Shown: in pieces, positions 7,282-8,014 of the stretch
Position numbering within the stretch: position 1 is the stretch's first letter
Layout: each line of letters starts with the position of its first letter
Assembly (NCBI GenBank): GCA_000004985.1
Contig: GG739057.1
Strand: one strand, 5' to 3'
Length of the DNA: 8,014 bases
Source of the DNA: Naegleria gruberi
Lineage: Eukaryota
Made by a program: the position numbers and the translations under genes
The notes under the pieces: generated by a model
The model's input: only the letters and a program-made list of their open reading frames with translations
What the model was told of the DNA's origin: nothing
Databases searched by the model: none

Positions 7282-8014
7282 ATGAGTATAAGTGGATGTA
7301 TAGAATTATTATTAGATACAAAATTAACAGAAGATCAAATACAATATTTAAAAACTATTGGATGTTGTAGTTCAATATTATTAACATTAATAGAAGATAT
7401 ATTACAATATTCTAAATTAGAAAAAGGTAATTTAGAAATTGCCAATTCAATTGAAGATTCTTCAAATCATTCTATATTTTCATTAGGTGAATGTATTGAA
7501 CATGTCAAAAGTATTACAACTACCTATGCTCAAAATTTTAATGTTAAAATTAATGTACAAATTAGTAAATTTATTCCTACTTTTGTAATTGGTGAAAGTG
7601 TTAGATTACAACAAGTTTTAATTAATTTATTAACAAATGCTGTTAAAGCATCAAATTCAAATGGTATTGTTACTTTAAAAGTTGAAACTATTGAAGATTT
7701 AAATGAAATTAATTTAAATAATAATATAAATTTAAATGAAAATAATAATAATTTAAATAATAATAATTTAAATTTAAATATAAATGATAAAAAACAATTA
7801 GTAACATTTAAAATAATAGATAATGGTAAAGGTATACCTAAAAATGTACAAGAATTATTATTTAAACCATTTTTTAGTGGATTTATAAATTCATCAACAA
7901 ATTCCAAATCAGCAGTGATGGGAACTGGATTAGGATTATCAATTGCTAAAAAAATAGTTAATTATAATTTTAAAGGTGAATTATTATATGAATCTAATTA
8001 TATACCACCTAATA
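7282..8014 (+). CDS. Histidine kinase exon. It covers the remainder of the HisKA dimerisation helix and an HATPase_c domain. N-box LINLLTNAVKAS has its Asn at 7636-7638. G1 box is IIDNGKGIP, 7819 onward. F box is FKPFF. G2 box is GTGLGLSIAKKIV, 7921 onward. The exon is truncated by the window end, and any receiver domain would lie downstream.
   Basis: The translation has no stops through 8013 and all canonical sensor-kinase ATP-lid motifs are present in order. The specific Dhk paralog cannot be assigned from this fragment. Confidence 0.9.
   Translation, partial: MSISGCIELLLDTKLTEDQIQYLKTIGCCSSILLTLIEDILQYSKLEKGNLEIANSIEDSSNHSIFSLGECIEHVKSITTTYAQNFNVKINVQISKFIPTFVIGESVRLQQVLINLLTNAVKASNSNGIVTLKVETIEDLNEINLNNNINLNENNNNLNNNNLNLNINDKKQLVTFKIIDNGKGIPKNVQELLFKPFFSGFINSSTNSKSAVMGTGLGLSIAKKIVNYNFKGELLYESNYIPPN
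7699..7794 (+). repeat. Asn/Leu-rich low-complexity insertion (LNEINLNNNINLNENNNNLNNNNLNLNINDKK) inside the ATP-binding domain, between the N-box and the G1 box.
   Basis: Direct translation. The nucleotide sequence is built from aat/tta repeats. Confidence 0.8.

Noticed and set aside
7530-7907. 125-aa ORF on the minus strand, antisense to the kinase exon.
   Set aside because: It lies entirely inside a strongly supported plus-strand CDS. Its translation is low-complexity F/K/L, typical of an antisense reading of AT-rich coding DNA.

Overview
This window reads as AT-rich protist DNA of the Dictyostelium type. Coding sequence is about 75-80% AT, poly-Asn tracts are encoded by (aat)n, and there is a short, extremely AT-rich GT..AG intron. 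Three things are present.

(i) Minus strand, 3940 down to 90: one or two genes for multi-pass transmembrane proteins of unknown function. The ORFs are 3940-3596, 3599-1578 and 1490-90. The first two differ by a frameshift inside an Asn repeat. The last two are in the same frame but are separated by 87 bp of roughly 95% AT that contains stop codons.

(ii) 3941-5328: a 1.4 kb divergent intergenic/promoter region. It is unusually GC-rich for this genome, about 33% GC. It contains a perfect palindromic E2F-type site (TTTGGCGCGAAA) and a TATA-proximal 8-5-8 palindrome built around a GATA core.

(iii) Plus strand, from 5329 (putative ATG): a histidine kinase gene of the hybrid sensor kinase (dhk) family type. 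A 1408-nt run of N (5375-6782) hides almost all of its N-terminal region. After the gap there is a predicted TM helix, then the H-box (SHEFRSPL, His codon 7161-7163), then a 100-bp intron (7182-7281), then the rest of the dimerisation domain and an HATPase_c domain (N, G1, F and G2 boxes). The window ends inside this gene.

No tRNA, rRNA, CRISPR array or clear transposon was recognised. The ORFs on the track at 5311-6798 and 5322-6785 are artifacts of translating the N run.
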